From positions 33,568 to 97,567 of IMG/VR virus record IMGVR_UViG_3300025292_000002: a stretch of DNA of 64,000 nt. One strand, given 5' to 3'. This document shows, piece after piece, positions 54,176 to 61,783 of the stretch. How positions within the stretch are numbered: the first letter of the stretch is position 1; each line of letters starts with the position of its first letter. Source of the stretch: a virus (taxonomy: Duplodnaviria; Heunggongvirae; Uroviricota; Caudoviricetes). The notes under the pieces are model-generated. The model was given only the letters and a program-made list of their open reading frames with translations, ran no database searches and was not told the origin of the DNA. Both the position numbers and the translations under genes were made by a program.

Positions 54176-54679
54176 TCAGCGTTTTCTTGTAATTTCTATT
54201 ATATGAAAAGCGTGGTCATTTCGTTCATCAACTTCAAAAACTTCTGGTGAACCAGGAATCCACTCATCTTTATTTATCATTTCCATAGGGAAGAAAGCAT
54301 CTGCTTCAAATGTCCCTTGTACCGATGTTAAATACAATTTATCCGTTTTATCAATGAAGAGTTTGTATATTTGAGCTCCACCAATAACAATAAAATCATG
54401 TGTGCTTTCCATATTTTTAAATTCTTGATAATCCATGAAAAATACTTCCGTAGTATCATCAACTTCGTAATGAGCTTTTTTACCATTTGTTAATACAATG
54501 TTTGTTCGTCCTTTTAAAGGTCCTTTGGGAAGTGAATCGAACGTTTTTCTTCCCATAACAACCATTTTCCCTTTTGTTGTTTTAACAAAATGTTCCATAT
54601 CATCTTTAAGATTCCATAAAAGCTTACCTTCAAAACCAATTTCATTATTTAATCCTTTAGCAACAATCATTTCAATCAT
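54176..54679 (-). CDS. folA: dihydrofolate reductase
   Basis: IVAKGLNNEIGFEGKLLWNLKDDMEHFVKTTKGKMVVMGRKTF; 167 aa. Confidence 0.85.
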   Translation of the reverse strand: MIEMIVAKGLNNEIGFEGKLLWNLKDDMEHFVKTTKGKMVVMGRKTFDSLPKGPLKGRTNIVLTNGKKAHYEVDDTTEVFFMDYQEFKNMESTHDFIVIGGAQIYKLFIDKTDKLYLTSVQGTFEADAFFPMEMINKDEWIPGSPEVFEVDERNDHAFHIIEITRKR

Positions 54680-55488
54680 TATTCAGCCACCTCGAATTTT
54701 AGTTGTGTGCGTGGTTCATAACCAATTAGCTCAAAATCATCTACAGTGAAATCATAAAAGCTTTTAACTTCAGGATTTACCCATAATTTTGGAGCTGTTG
54801 TAGGAACACGATGTAACATATTTTTTGCGTTTTCTTCATGTTTGTTGTAAATATGACAATCTTGAATAAAGTGTGTGAATATGCCAACTTCTAATTGACA
54901 ATGACGAGCAATCATATGCATTAACACCGCATATTGTACCAAGTTCCAGTTATTAGCTACAAGGAAATCGTTTGAACGTTGAACCAATGTTCCATGTAGT
55001 TTGCCATCTTTAACAGATAAATGTAATGCGTAAGCACATTCAATCAATGCCTTTTCACCAGAATCTTCAGCATTAAACATGTTTAACATAAGCCTACGTG
55101 AAGTTGGATTTATTTGAATTTGCTGAAGTACGTAATCAATTTGAGAATCGTAACCCAACATTGGTTTACCAATTTGGTAACCGTAAGCTTTACCGATTGA
55201 ACCATTTTCATCTGCCCAAGCATTCCATATCTTACTATTTAAATCTTTGATATTATTTGAAAACTTTTGATATATCCATAGGATTTCATCAATCGCTGCT
55301 TTTAAATTTGTTGGTCGTAATGTGATAATAGGAAACTCTTCAGCTAAATCATATTTATTAACAACTTGTAAAGCTCGTTTCGTTGCAACTGGTGTACCAT
55401 CTTTCCATTTAGCTCGATTATCAACTTCCCATTCGCTAGCCATAATCATATCGAGCGTATTTTTAAATTTATAATCTACTTTCGCCAT
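54679..55488 (-). CDS. thyA: ThyA-family thymidylate synthase (catalytic Cys present, PCH replaced by ECA)
   Basis: aligns to E. coli ThyA ALPPCHALFQFYV...QLYQRS.D...PFNIASYALL as ALIECAYALHLSV...TLVQRSND...NWNLVQYAVL; Asn of the dUMP-specificity position conserved. Confidence 0.75.
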   Translation of the reverse strand: MAKVDYKFKNTLDMIMASEWEVDNRAKWKDGTPVATKRALQVVNKYDLAEEFPIITLRPTNLKAAIDEILWIYQKFSNNIKDLNSKIWNAWADENGSIGKAYGYQIGKPMLGYDSQIDYVLQQIQINPTSRRLMLNMFNAEDSGEKALIECAYALHLSVKDGKLHGTLVQRSNDFLVANNWNLVQYAVLMHMIARHCQLEVGIFTHFIQDCHIYNKHEENAKNMLHRVPTTAPKLWVNPEVKSFYDFTVDDFELIGYEPRTQLKFEVAE

Positions 55489-55516
55489 ACAATATCCTCC
55501 TTAATGTTTATAAAGA

Positions 55517-55546
55517 TATTGTATTGAGAAAAGCTATTATGTAAGG
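55517..55546 (-). promoter_or_regulatory. conserved phage promoter module (family copy)
   Basis: tattgtattga-N12-tgtaagg. Confidence 0.6.
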
Positions 55547-55549
55547 ACA

Positions 55550-55582
55550 AAATAAAAAAACACCGAGACTGGCTCAGTGTTT
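55550..55582 (-). terminator. rho-independent terminator
   Basis: hairpin acactgagcc-agt-ctcggtgt followed by T9. Confidence 0.55.
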
Positions 55583-55763
55583 AATTTTCTTCGTGATATT
55601 CGATTGTACCAATTTTATTACCATTTACATCGGTGATTGAAACTGGCATTCTTCCGTTTTCAATTGAATCAGCACATTCTCGTAAAATGCGAGATATTTC
55701 AGTGTTCGGGTTTTCATCGAAAGCTGCATTGTCGGTTATAAAAGCTATTCTAATATTTCCCAT
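55581..55763 (-). CDS. hypothetical protein
   Basis: 60-aa ORF. Confidence 0.4.
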   Translation of the reverse strand: MGNIRIAFITDNAAFDENPNTEISRILRECADSIENGRMPVSITDVNGNKIGTIEYHEEN

Positions 55764-55977
55764 TAGACATCTTCCTTTCGATTCTGTTTAATATTTTGTT
55801 TTGATTTTCAATAGCTGCAACTTCTTGTTCCTTAAGCTTAACTTCTTCTTCCTTAAGCTCATTGGCTCTCGTCATTTGTTTGCCAATCGTTTCTAACTTG
55901 TTTGCTATTGACGGCAAAGTTTCGTCTAAAAGTTTTATACCTGCTCTTGTTCTTGAAAATTCTACCACGTAAATCAC
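55750..55977 (-). CDS. hypothetical coiled-coil protein
   Basis: 75-aa ORF. Confidence 0.45.
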   Translation of the reverse strand: MIYVVEFSRTRAGIKLLDETLPSIANKLETIGKQMTRANELKEEEVKLKEQEVAAIENQNKILNRIERKMSNGKY

Positions 55978-56022
55978 TCCTTGTTATTTGATAATTCAAT
56001 TATAACACACTGGTACTAAATG

Positions 56023-56415
56023 TCAACAACTTATTTTTAATTCGCTTCCTTTAGCTTGATTACAATCTGCACACATTGGTTGATAGTTGCTAAAATGGTT
56101 AGCTCCACCCTTACTGCGTGGTATGATATGGTCCTTGGTCATCATCACTTCTTCGCCTTTAGCGTTAACTCCGTACAAATTGAAATGGTACGTTGGACAT
56201 TGTGGATTACGTTCTTTAGCAAAATATGTTCCTTTCATACCACATTCAACACAAACAACGCCTTTATGCTTGAATAGCTCATATCGTTGAGAATTCATTT
56301 TGATTAAATCGCCATCCCAATCAACTTTACTTTCTTTATTGGGAACAGTTGAAGGAACTGTAAGTTCCAACACCGCTTCCACATCATATGTTTCTTTACG
56401 AATATAATTACACAT
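56023..56415 (-). CDS. HNH endonuclease
   Basis: HIIPRSKGGANHFSNYQPMCADCNQAKG; zinc cysteines. Confidence 0.75.
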   Translation of the reverse strand: MCNYIRKETYDVEAVLELTVPSTVPNKESKVDWDGDLIKMNSQRYELFKHKGVVCVECGMKGTYFAKERNPQCPTYHFNLYGVNAKGEEVMMTKDHIIPRSKGGANHFSNYQPMCADCNQAKGSELKISC

Positions 56416-56724
56416 TTATTTTCCCTCCAGATAATCATTGTTTTTCAGCCATCGTCTCAAGCTTACATATTCGTGGCTTAGATTTTCCTTAACCCATACT
56501 AAACCTTCTTCAATTGATTCAAAGCTTAATAATTCGCTGCCAAAAACATTCATCCATTCCTTGTCGATTTCTAATGTTTGACAATCATAATCTTGAATTG
56601 TAAATGGTTTCGCTGTAAAATTATCAATTGTTACCGAACAAAGCTTATCACTTATCATTATTTGTTTCATGTTGATTTTATATCCATCTTCGTTTCCAAT
56701 TTTACGCCATTTTCCGTTTCTCAT
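56416..56724 (-). CDS. hypothetical protein
   Basis: 102-aa ORF. Confidence 0.5.
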   Translation of the reverse strand: MRNGKWRKIGNEDGYKINMKQIMISDKLCSVTIDNFTAKPFTIQDYDCQTLEIDKEWMNVFGSELLSFESIEEGLVWVKENLSHEYVSLRRWLKNNDYLEGK

Positions 56725-56897
56725 TGTTCAAAACCTCCTACAATATCTTGAATTTCTTCAAATGAAATATCTAAAGCTTCACATAATTGGTCTAACGGGT
56801 TTCCTGGTTCATCGTACATCCAATTGTAATTGTCGCCATTTTCTGAAGCTGTTTGAATCAATTTAGCTATTAATGAAATCATTTTAGCTTTATCCAT
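56721..56897 (-). CDS. small acidic hypothetical protein (~58 aa, not in ORF track)
   Basis: GGAGGAATAAAC RBS; ATGA coupling. Confidence 0.4.
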   Translation of the reverse strand: MDKAKMISLIAKLIQTASENGDNYNWMYDEPGNPLDQLCEALDISFEEIQDIVGGFEQ

Positions 56898-56910
56898 CGT
56901 TTATTCCTCC

Positions 56911-57102
56911 TTAACAAATTTCAATTTTCTTGCCAGTTTGAACAGGTATTCCCCAAACCATTCCACAATCATTTTCACATTCATAATGAATTGTATTTTT
57001 TTCAAATGAAGGAACAATTTCACCTAAAACATGATTAAACGTTGTATCACATTCACATGAATCACAATAACCAATTATCGCTTTCGGCATTTGCAATGTC
57101 AT
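56911..57102 (-). CDS. small Cys-rich (zinc-binding) protein, start at ATG behind AGAGGTG
   Basis: CDSCECD...CENDC; own strong promoter. Confidence 0.5.
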   Translation of the reverse strand: MTLQMPKAIIGYCDSCECDTTFNHVLGEIVPSFEKNTIHYECENDCGMVWGIPVQTGKKIEIC

Positions 57103-57132
57103 TTGTAACACCTCTTTCTTATTTATAATGTA

Positions 57133-57160
57133 ATTATATCACATTACTAACAAATGTAAA
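57133..57160 (-). promoter_or_regulatory. strong sigma-A promoter with extended -10 (TTTACA-16-TGaTATAAT)
   Basis: minus-strand reading TTTACAtttgttagtaatgtgaTATAAT. Confidence 0.55.
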
Positions 57161-57167
57161 GACATAA

Positions 57168-57263
57168 ATAAAAAACCACCGTATGCCAGTACGATGGTTT
57201 GCTTGTGTTTCTATTCCGCAGTTTTTAATTTGTCGTAGTTTTTGGAGTAGATGTCTTATGAGA
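57168..57263 (-). ncRNA. candidate ~95-nt small RNA (family promoter running straight into a terminator, no ORF)
   Basis: predicted transcription start about 57263 from the family promoter; hairpin ccatcgta/tacggtgg plus U-run at 57168-57198; no ATG in the interval. Confidence 0.35.
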
Positions 57264-57269
57264 CAATAC

Positions 57270-57299
57270 TATTGTATTAAATAAATCGAAAATGTAAGG
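57270..57299 (-). promoter_or_regulatory. conserved phage promoter module (family copy, variant)
   Basis: tattgtattaa-N12-tgtaagg. Confidence 0.55.
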
Positions 57300-57347
57300 T
57301 TCCTCCTAAAATATAAATTTTACTGGGTTATAGCATCAATATATACG

Positions 57348-57381
57348 CAAAAAACACAACCAGCATACAACCAGTTGTGTT
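57348..57381 (-). terminator. rho-independent terminator
   Basis: hairpin acacaac-N13-gttgtgt followed by T5. Confidence 0.5.
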
Positions 57382-57391
57382 TTCTTTCATA

Positions 57392-57745
57392 TTAACCTCG
57401 ACCAAGGTCTGGCATGATTGTAATTCCATCAAATGATACCCAGCTTGGTGTGCTATCATGATTGTAAATGATATTTTTGTTTTCATCAACGTCTACTCGC
57501 ACAGGACCAACGTTGGACATACAAGTTAAAATTCGTCGTCCCATTGGGAATTCTGGAATTCTACCCATAATTGCACCTTGCTTAATTGAATCAGCTTTAA
57601 CTGCTTTAACAGTTCCTGATAATACAATTTGATACAAATACTCATCAAAAAGAATTCTCGTAGCTGTTGGTGCTCCATATCCGTCGCCATGTTCCACAAC
57701 TACATCTGCATTTAATCCTAAACCATAATTCATTGCATCTACCAT
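57392..57745 (-). CDS. hypothetical protein
   Basis: 117-aa ORF. Confidence 0.55.
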   Translation of the reverse strand: MVDAMNYGLGLNADVVVEHGDGYGAPTATRILFDEYLYQIVLSGTVKAVKADSIKQGAIMGRIPEFPMGRRILTCMSNVGPVRVDVDENKNIIYNHDSTPSWVSFDGITIMPDLGRG

Positions 57746-57779
57746 AATAAGTTCCTCCTAATATATATTAAAGGGTGAA

Positions 57780-58724
57780 TTAACACCCTTCAGCAAATTC
57801 AATTTTTGTAGCATGTTGAGCTATTTTTTTGGCAATCAATGTAATTAATTGACCAACTCGTTGAGGTGTAATATCGAAATGTGGCGCAATGTCAACATTC
57901 TTTTCACCTTCACGGATTAAGCTATACATAACACGTTCACGAGGCGTTAGCAATGTTTCATCAGCTAATTGTTCAAAAGCTGCAACAATAAATGCTAGTT
58001 CGTTGTCTGGCTCGAAATCGCAAAACGTTCTCATTAAAGCTTCAACGTGTTTTTCATTTTTAAAATCAATTACATCTAAATCATATTCCGTGCTTTCAGA
58101 TGGATTAGCATTGTAACCGAATGTGCCAAGTAATTGGTCTTTAACAGTAATCATATCTGTTTTAATTTGACCGCTAGCACGAGTTAATAAATAACGGTTG
58201 CCAGAAGCGTCAAGGTTTTCTTTTTTAAGCTTGTGTGAAATGCGGTCAAGTTCTGCTTGATAAGCTCGTAACACTTCGCCAACCAATCCTTCACGTTTCA
58301 AATCTTTTGTTGTAATAACTTGCGCTTTAGATTTTTTGTAATTCTTTTTGGAGCGAACAAGGAAATGAATTACAGTGTCCTCGTTTGAATCAGACGCCAT
58401 TCCTTCAATTGAATTTTCACGTTGAATTTTCTTTTGAAAATACTGTTCATCTGTGTGGAACACATAATTTGTTTCAATTTTTTCTTCCTTGATTTCATCG
58501 GAATTTAGCAAATAGTTAGCTAATGTTTCCACTGTACGTGCTACATTGTCTTCATGTGATAATTTATCTGAACTGTTCAAATTCACTTTCATATTGTTAA
58601 AATGCTCAGCAATATCTTCTTCTCGACCTTCTAAGACAGCTTCAACAATTGCTTTTCTGTCTTCTAATTTTGTTTGTTTATAATCAATACCATCTCTGAT
58701 TAGAGCTAATTCTTCCACCTTCAT
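57780..58724 (-). CDS. sigma-factor-like protein with sigma-70 region-4 / LuxR-type helix-turn-helix C-terminus
   Basis: LLTPRERVMYSLIREGEKNVDIAPHFDITPQRVGQLITLIAKKI; 314 aa. Confidence 0.45.
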   Translation of the reverse strand: MKVEELALIRDGIDYKQTKLEDRKAIVEAVLEGREEDIAEHFNNMKVNLNSSDKLSHEDNVARTVETLANYLLNSDEIKEEKIETNYVFHTDEQYFQKKIQRENSIEGMASDSNEDTVIHFLVRSKKNYKKSKAQVITTKDLKREGLVGEVLRAYQAELDRISHKLKKENLDASGNRYLLTRASGQIKTDMITVKDQLLGTFGYNANPSESTEYDLDVIDFKNEKHVEALMRTFCDFEPDNELAFIVAAFEQLADETLLTPRERVMYSLIREGEKNVDIAPHFDITPQRVGQLITLIAKKIAQHATKIEFAEGC

Positions 58725-58778
58725 TTTAAATTCTCCTTTAATGTTGTTTTAATGTCTTTATGACATCGTTCTTAATAC

Positions 58779-58808
58779 TATTATATTGATTTACTGGCCA
58801 TTGTAAGG
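58779..58808 (-). promoter_or_regulatory. conserved phage promoter module (family copy)
   Basis: tattatattga-N12-tgtaagg. Confidence 0.6.
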
Positions 58809-58829
58809 AAAATTCAAAAAATAAAAACC

Positions 58830-58859
58830 AATAAAAAAACCAACCATAACGGTTGGTTC
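58830..58859 (-). terminator. rho-independent terminator
   Basis: hairpin aaccaacc-gtta-tggttggtt followed by T7. Confidence 0.6.
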
Positions 58860-59215
58860 TAATAACTTACTTGTATCTGCTTTTTACCAAATTGGTTAGC
58901 AACTTCAATTGAATCAAAGTAAACATCTACTTTATTTCCTTTAATCGCATTGCCCGTATCTTCAGCAATGTATTCTCCGTCCATGTAATCATACGGTGCT
59001 GGGAAGTCGATTTTTACTTTAGTTCCCAAAGGAATTACGTTAGGGTCTGTAGCAATAGTACGACCTTGTTTCACGGTTGTTCCGCTGGCTGTTAGGTTGC
59101 CCCACTTTTGAGCACTCAGCATATCGCCATTTTCCCAAGTGGAATATGCGGTAGCAATGAATGTCATTGTGTTACCTACTGGTGGTGTTTCGTTTGTTAC
59201 TTTTGCACTGCTCAT
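58859..59215 (-). CDS. 3D-domain (MltA/YuiC-like peptidoglycan-hydrolase-related) ORF with no RBS, probably the -1 frame extension of 59224..59604
   Basis: FIATAYS...GNLTASG...IATDP.VIPLGTKV...YIAEDTGNAIKGNKVDVYF; only caagccct precedes the ATG. Confidence 0.5.
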   Translation of the reverse strand: MSSAKVTNETPPVGNTMTFIATAYSTWENGDMLSAQKWGNLTASGTTVKQGRTIATDPNVIPLGTKVKIDFPAPYDYMDGEYIAEDTGNAIKGNKVDVYFDSIEVANQFGKKQIQVSY

Positions 59216-59223
59216 AGGGCTTG

Positions 59224-59233
59224 TTACTTTTTT
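59224..59233 (-). other. candidate -1 programmed ribosomal frameshift site (A_AAA_AAG heptamer immediately before TAA)
   Basis: minus strand reads tcA AAA AAG TAA. The -1 frame continues open into the 3D-domain ORF as V T S P M S S A K. Confidence 0.45.
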
Positions 59234-59604
59234 GAATCTAACTCATTCCTCAGCTTTTCTTTTTCCGCAATGACCTGTTTGTTCTTTTCATTCAATTCTG
59301 CATTTGCTTGTTTTTGCTGTGTGAGAGCTTCATTGGCCGATTGTAATTCTTGTTGAACTTTCGTTAATTCTTCTTTTGAAGAATCTAATTCCGTTGCAAC
59401 ATCTTCAAATCGCTTAGTGATTGTTTTAACTTGCTCGTGATTTTCTTTAGATTCTTTTTTGGCATCTACAAGCTTTTCTTCAACTTTTACTTTTTCTTGA
59501 TACACCGTATTATAATTTTGGAATCCCACATAACTCATCGCTGATGCACCAACTGCTAGTGAAAAGAAAGCGGTGAGAACATGTTTACTTGTGAATTTTA
59601 ACAT
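59224..59604 (-). CDS. membrane-anchored coiled-coil protein (frame-0 product; putative N-terminal part of a frameshift fusion)
   Basis: N-terminal TM/signal-anchor; 90-aa coiled coil; strong RBS next to the palindrome. Confidence 0.55.
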   Translation of the reverse strand: MLKFTSKHVLTAFFSLAVGASAMSYVGFQNYNTVYQEKVKVEEKLVDAKKESKENHEQVKTITKRFEDVATELDSSKEELTKVQQELQSANEALTQQKQANAELNEKNKQVIAEKEKLRNELDSKK

Positions 59605-59618
59605 ATAATTTCCTCCTA

Positions 59619-59636
59619 TTGAATATTAATATTCAA
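59619..59636. repeat. 18-bp palindrome family copy (perfect), abutting an RBS
   Basis: minus strand reads TTGAATATTAATATTCAAtaggaggaaattatATG. Confidence 0.85.
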
Positions 59637-59663
59637 CTCCACATTAGTGGAGCTGAATAATTA

Positions 59664-60950
59664 TTAATTGTATGATGGTTCTGTTTTGTCATCTCGTAAA
59701 CGTTTGAATGTTGGGAAACGTAACGATACGCCACCGTCTTGGTTTTTTGATTCTTCAAAATATCCCACTTCGACAATCGTACCAATCAATTCAAATCGCT
59801 CAGACCATAGCTTGTTGCGCTCAACGTCGCTGAAACCAGAACCGACATTAACTTCATATCCTTTGTATTCAACGACCAGCGAACCGAGCTTGTCGCCATG
59901 TTTATGTTCTTCGAAACCAACAATTCTTAAATCAGCTGTTTCGAACTTTTTAACTTTAAGCAACTTACGTGAACGTTTTGTTTCATATAAAGCATCAACT
60001 GGCGATACCATTAATCCTTCAAGACCAGCTTTAGAAGCTTCTTCCAATAGCTCATACACACGTTGCTTATCTGTTCCAACATAATAAATTGGGACAATTT
60101 TTAATAAATCATGGTCAGCTTGTTCAACAACTGTTGTCAAATCGTTGATACGCTCTTCTAATGGCAAATGTGATTTACCGAACTTAAATTCAACAATACG
60201 CAACATATCGAATGCCCAAAATTGAATGCCAGTTTTAACGCCATCTTTACGAACGATTTTTTGTGTGTATCGGAATAAATCGTCTGAAGTATAATTATGG
60301 ATGTTTTCAGCAATCAATTCTCCATCGTATACAATACCTTTAGGCAATTGTTTGAAAATTTCTTCAAGTTCGATTAATCCTTCGATTGGATGTCCTTGTC
60401 GTGTGAAGAATTTAGGACCAGCTTGTTCATTGATAACAGTACAACGAATTCCATCTAATTTCAAGCTTACTTGGAATCGTCCTTTGATTTTATCTTGATG
60501 GTCTTCCCATTTAGAAGCTAACATTACATTATGCTCTGGGATAAAGCTTAAACCAACTGAATCTTTTCCGAATACTTTGTTAATTGTTTTGGCTGTGATA
60601 CCAACTTTTAAATCTTTTATTAATATGTTGGTTACAAATTGTTTCATATCATCATCTAATTGTGACAGATAATTTTGAACAACGCCAATAACATCATCTG
60701 AACCTGTGTTATTTTTTGCTACGAATTTCATTAGCTCACTTAGTTTATGAAAACCAACTGAAACTGGCACGACAGTACGAGTTACTTTCTTTTTAGCTAA
60801 TCCTGTTACAACATATGGATTGTAAACGAATTTAAGCACTTCTTTAAATCCTGCTAAATCAGCATGTTTCAATAACAATGCTTCTTTTTCATTTCTACTT
60901 GATGTTGCTTCAATTTCATCAAACGCTAACATTAAATTTTTAACACTCAT
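59664..60950 (-). CDS. ATP-dependent DNA ligase
   Basis: adenylation motif I SLKLDGIRC (KxDGxR); OB domain; 428 aa. Confidence 0.85.
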   Translation of the reverse strand: MSVKNLMLAFDEIEATSSRNEKEALLLKHADLAGFKEVLKFVYNPYVVTGLAKKKVTRTVVPVSVGFHKLSELMKFVAKNNTGSDDVIGVVQNYLSQLDDDMKQFVTNILIKDLKVGITAKTINKVFGKDSVGLSFIPEHNVMLASKWEDHQDKIKGRFQVSLKLDGIRCTVINEQAGPKFFTRQGHPIEGLIELEEIFKQLPKGIVYDGELIAENIHNYTSDDLFRYTQKIVRKDGVKTGIQFWAFDMLRIVEFKFGKSHLPLEERINDLTTVVEQADHDLLKIVPIYYVGTDKQRVYELLEEASKAGLEGLMVSPVDALYETKRSRKLLKVKKFETADLRIVGFEEHKHGDKLGSLVVEYKGYEVNVGSGFSDVERNKLWSERFELIGTIVEVGYFEESKNQDGGVSLRFPTFKRLRDDKTEPSYN

Positions 60951-60980
60951 TACATTACCTCCTAATTTTGATTACACCGT

Positions 60981-61010
60981 TATTGTATTGATATGTATTA
61001 AAATGTAAGG
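60981..61010 (-). promoter_or_regulatory. conserved phage promoter module (family copy)
   Basis: tattgtattga-N12-tgtaagg. Confidence 0.6.
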
Positions 61011-61059
61011 AAGCATTGTATTTCGATTATATTTCAATGTTGTAACAATGCTGTAAGAA

Positions 61060-61077
61060 TTGAATATTAATTTTCAA
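61060..61077. repeat. 18-bp palindrome family copy (ttgaatattaattttcaa) overlapping a plus-strand promoter -35
   Basis: 17 of 18. Confidence 0.8.
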
Positions 61078-61106
61078 TTGCATTGTCTGTTTACATATGT
61101 TATAAT
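61078..61106 (+). promoter_or_regulatory. plus-strand sigma-A promoter (TTGCAT-17-TGtTATAAT)
   Basis: ttgcattgtctgtttacatatgttataat. Confidence 0.55.
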
Positions 61107-61135
61107 TGATATATAAATGAATAGGAGGTTTTGTT

Positions 61136-61393
61136 ATGAAATTACAGGAAATACGTGAGGAATTTATCAAGAACATGAAAGAATGTGATTATGATAAGGA
61201 AATGATTGATTTTTTAGCTGATGATATGGCAACGATGTTGTGGGTTGAGCATTGTTTAACGGATAAAGCTATAACATATAGGTCAATGCGATATTTGTTT
61301 GGGGATGCTGGTTTTCATGAAGGATTACAATTACAATATGATAACCCAATGAATGCGGAGACAATGTTATTAACAATAAATGGAAAAAGGTAG
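61136..61393 (+). CDS. hypothetical protein, the only plus-strand gene in the window
   Basis: AGGAGG RBS 8 nt before ATG; own promoter and terminator. Confidence 0.6.
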   Translation: MKLQEIREEFIKNMKECDYDKEMIDFLADDMATMLWVEHCLTDKAITYRSMRYLFGDAGFHEGLQLQYDNPMNAETMLLTINGKR

Positions 61394-61415
61394 CTCAATG
61401 AGCTACCTTTTTTTA
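61383..61415. terminator. bidirectional rho-independent terminator
   Basis: hairpin ggtagctc-aat-gagctacc with T8 on + strand and A5 on the other side. Confidence 0.65.
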
Positions 61416-61712
61416 TGCGAAAGCTTTTTGCTTTTCACGTTTCTTCATTGTATGTTGATGCGTTTCACGATTACGCTTGATAACTGTTTTTAAAATCAAT
61501 TTGCCACTGTGGTGTTTCTTGAAAACAAATTCAACGCTATGTCTGGCAAACACATGTATTGTGCCATCCTCTTTCGTTACAATTCGTTTGATTCTTGAAA
61601 AATGTAAATCTTGCTTGATACATTGATAAGTATTTAACTTGCTGTAAATTCCTACACGCTGCTCATAACGTCGTTTTGCATGAGAGCTAACAATGTAGCG
61701 TCCTAAAATCAT
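61413..61712 (-). CDS. hypothetical basic protein
   Basis: 99-aa ORF. Confidence 0.5.
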   Translation of the reverse strand: MILGRYIVSSHAKRRYEQRVGIYSKLNTYQCIKQDLHFSRIKRIVTKEDGTIHVFARHSVEFVFKKHHSGKLILKTVIKRNRETHQHTMKKREKQKAFA

Positions 61713-61783
61713 TTTGATTTCCTCCTTTGTGTTTATTTTATATATGATGTGGTTCGCCCACCAAATTTTTAATTTATATCACT

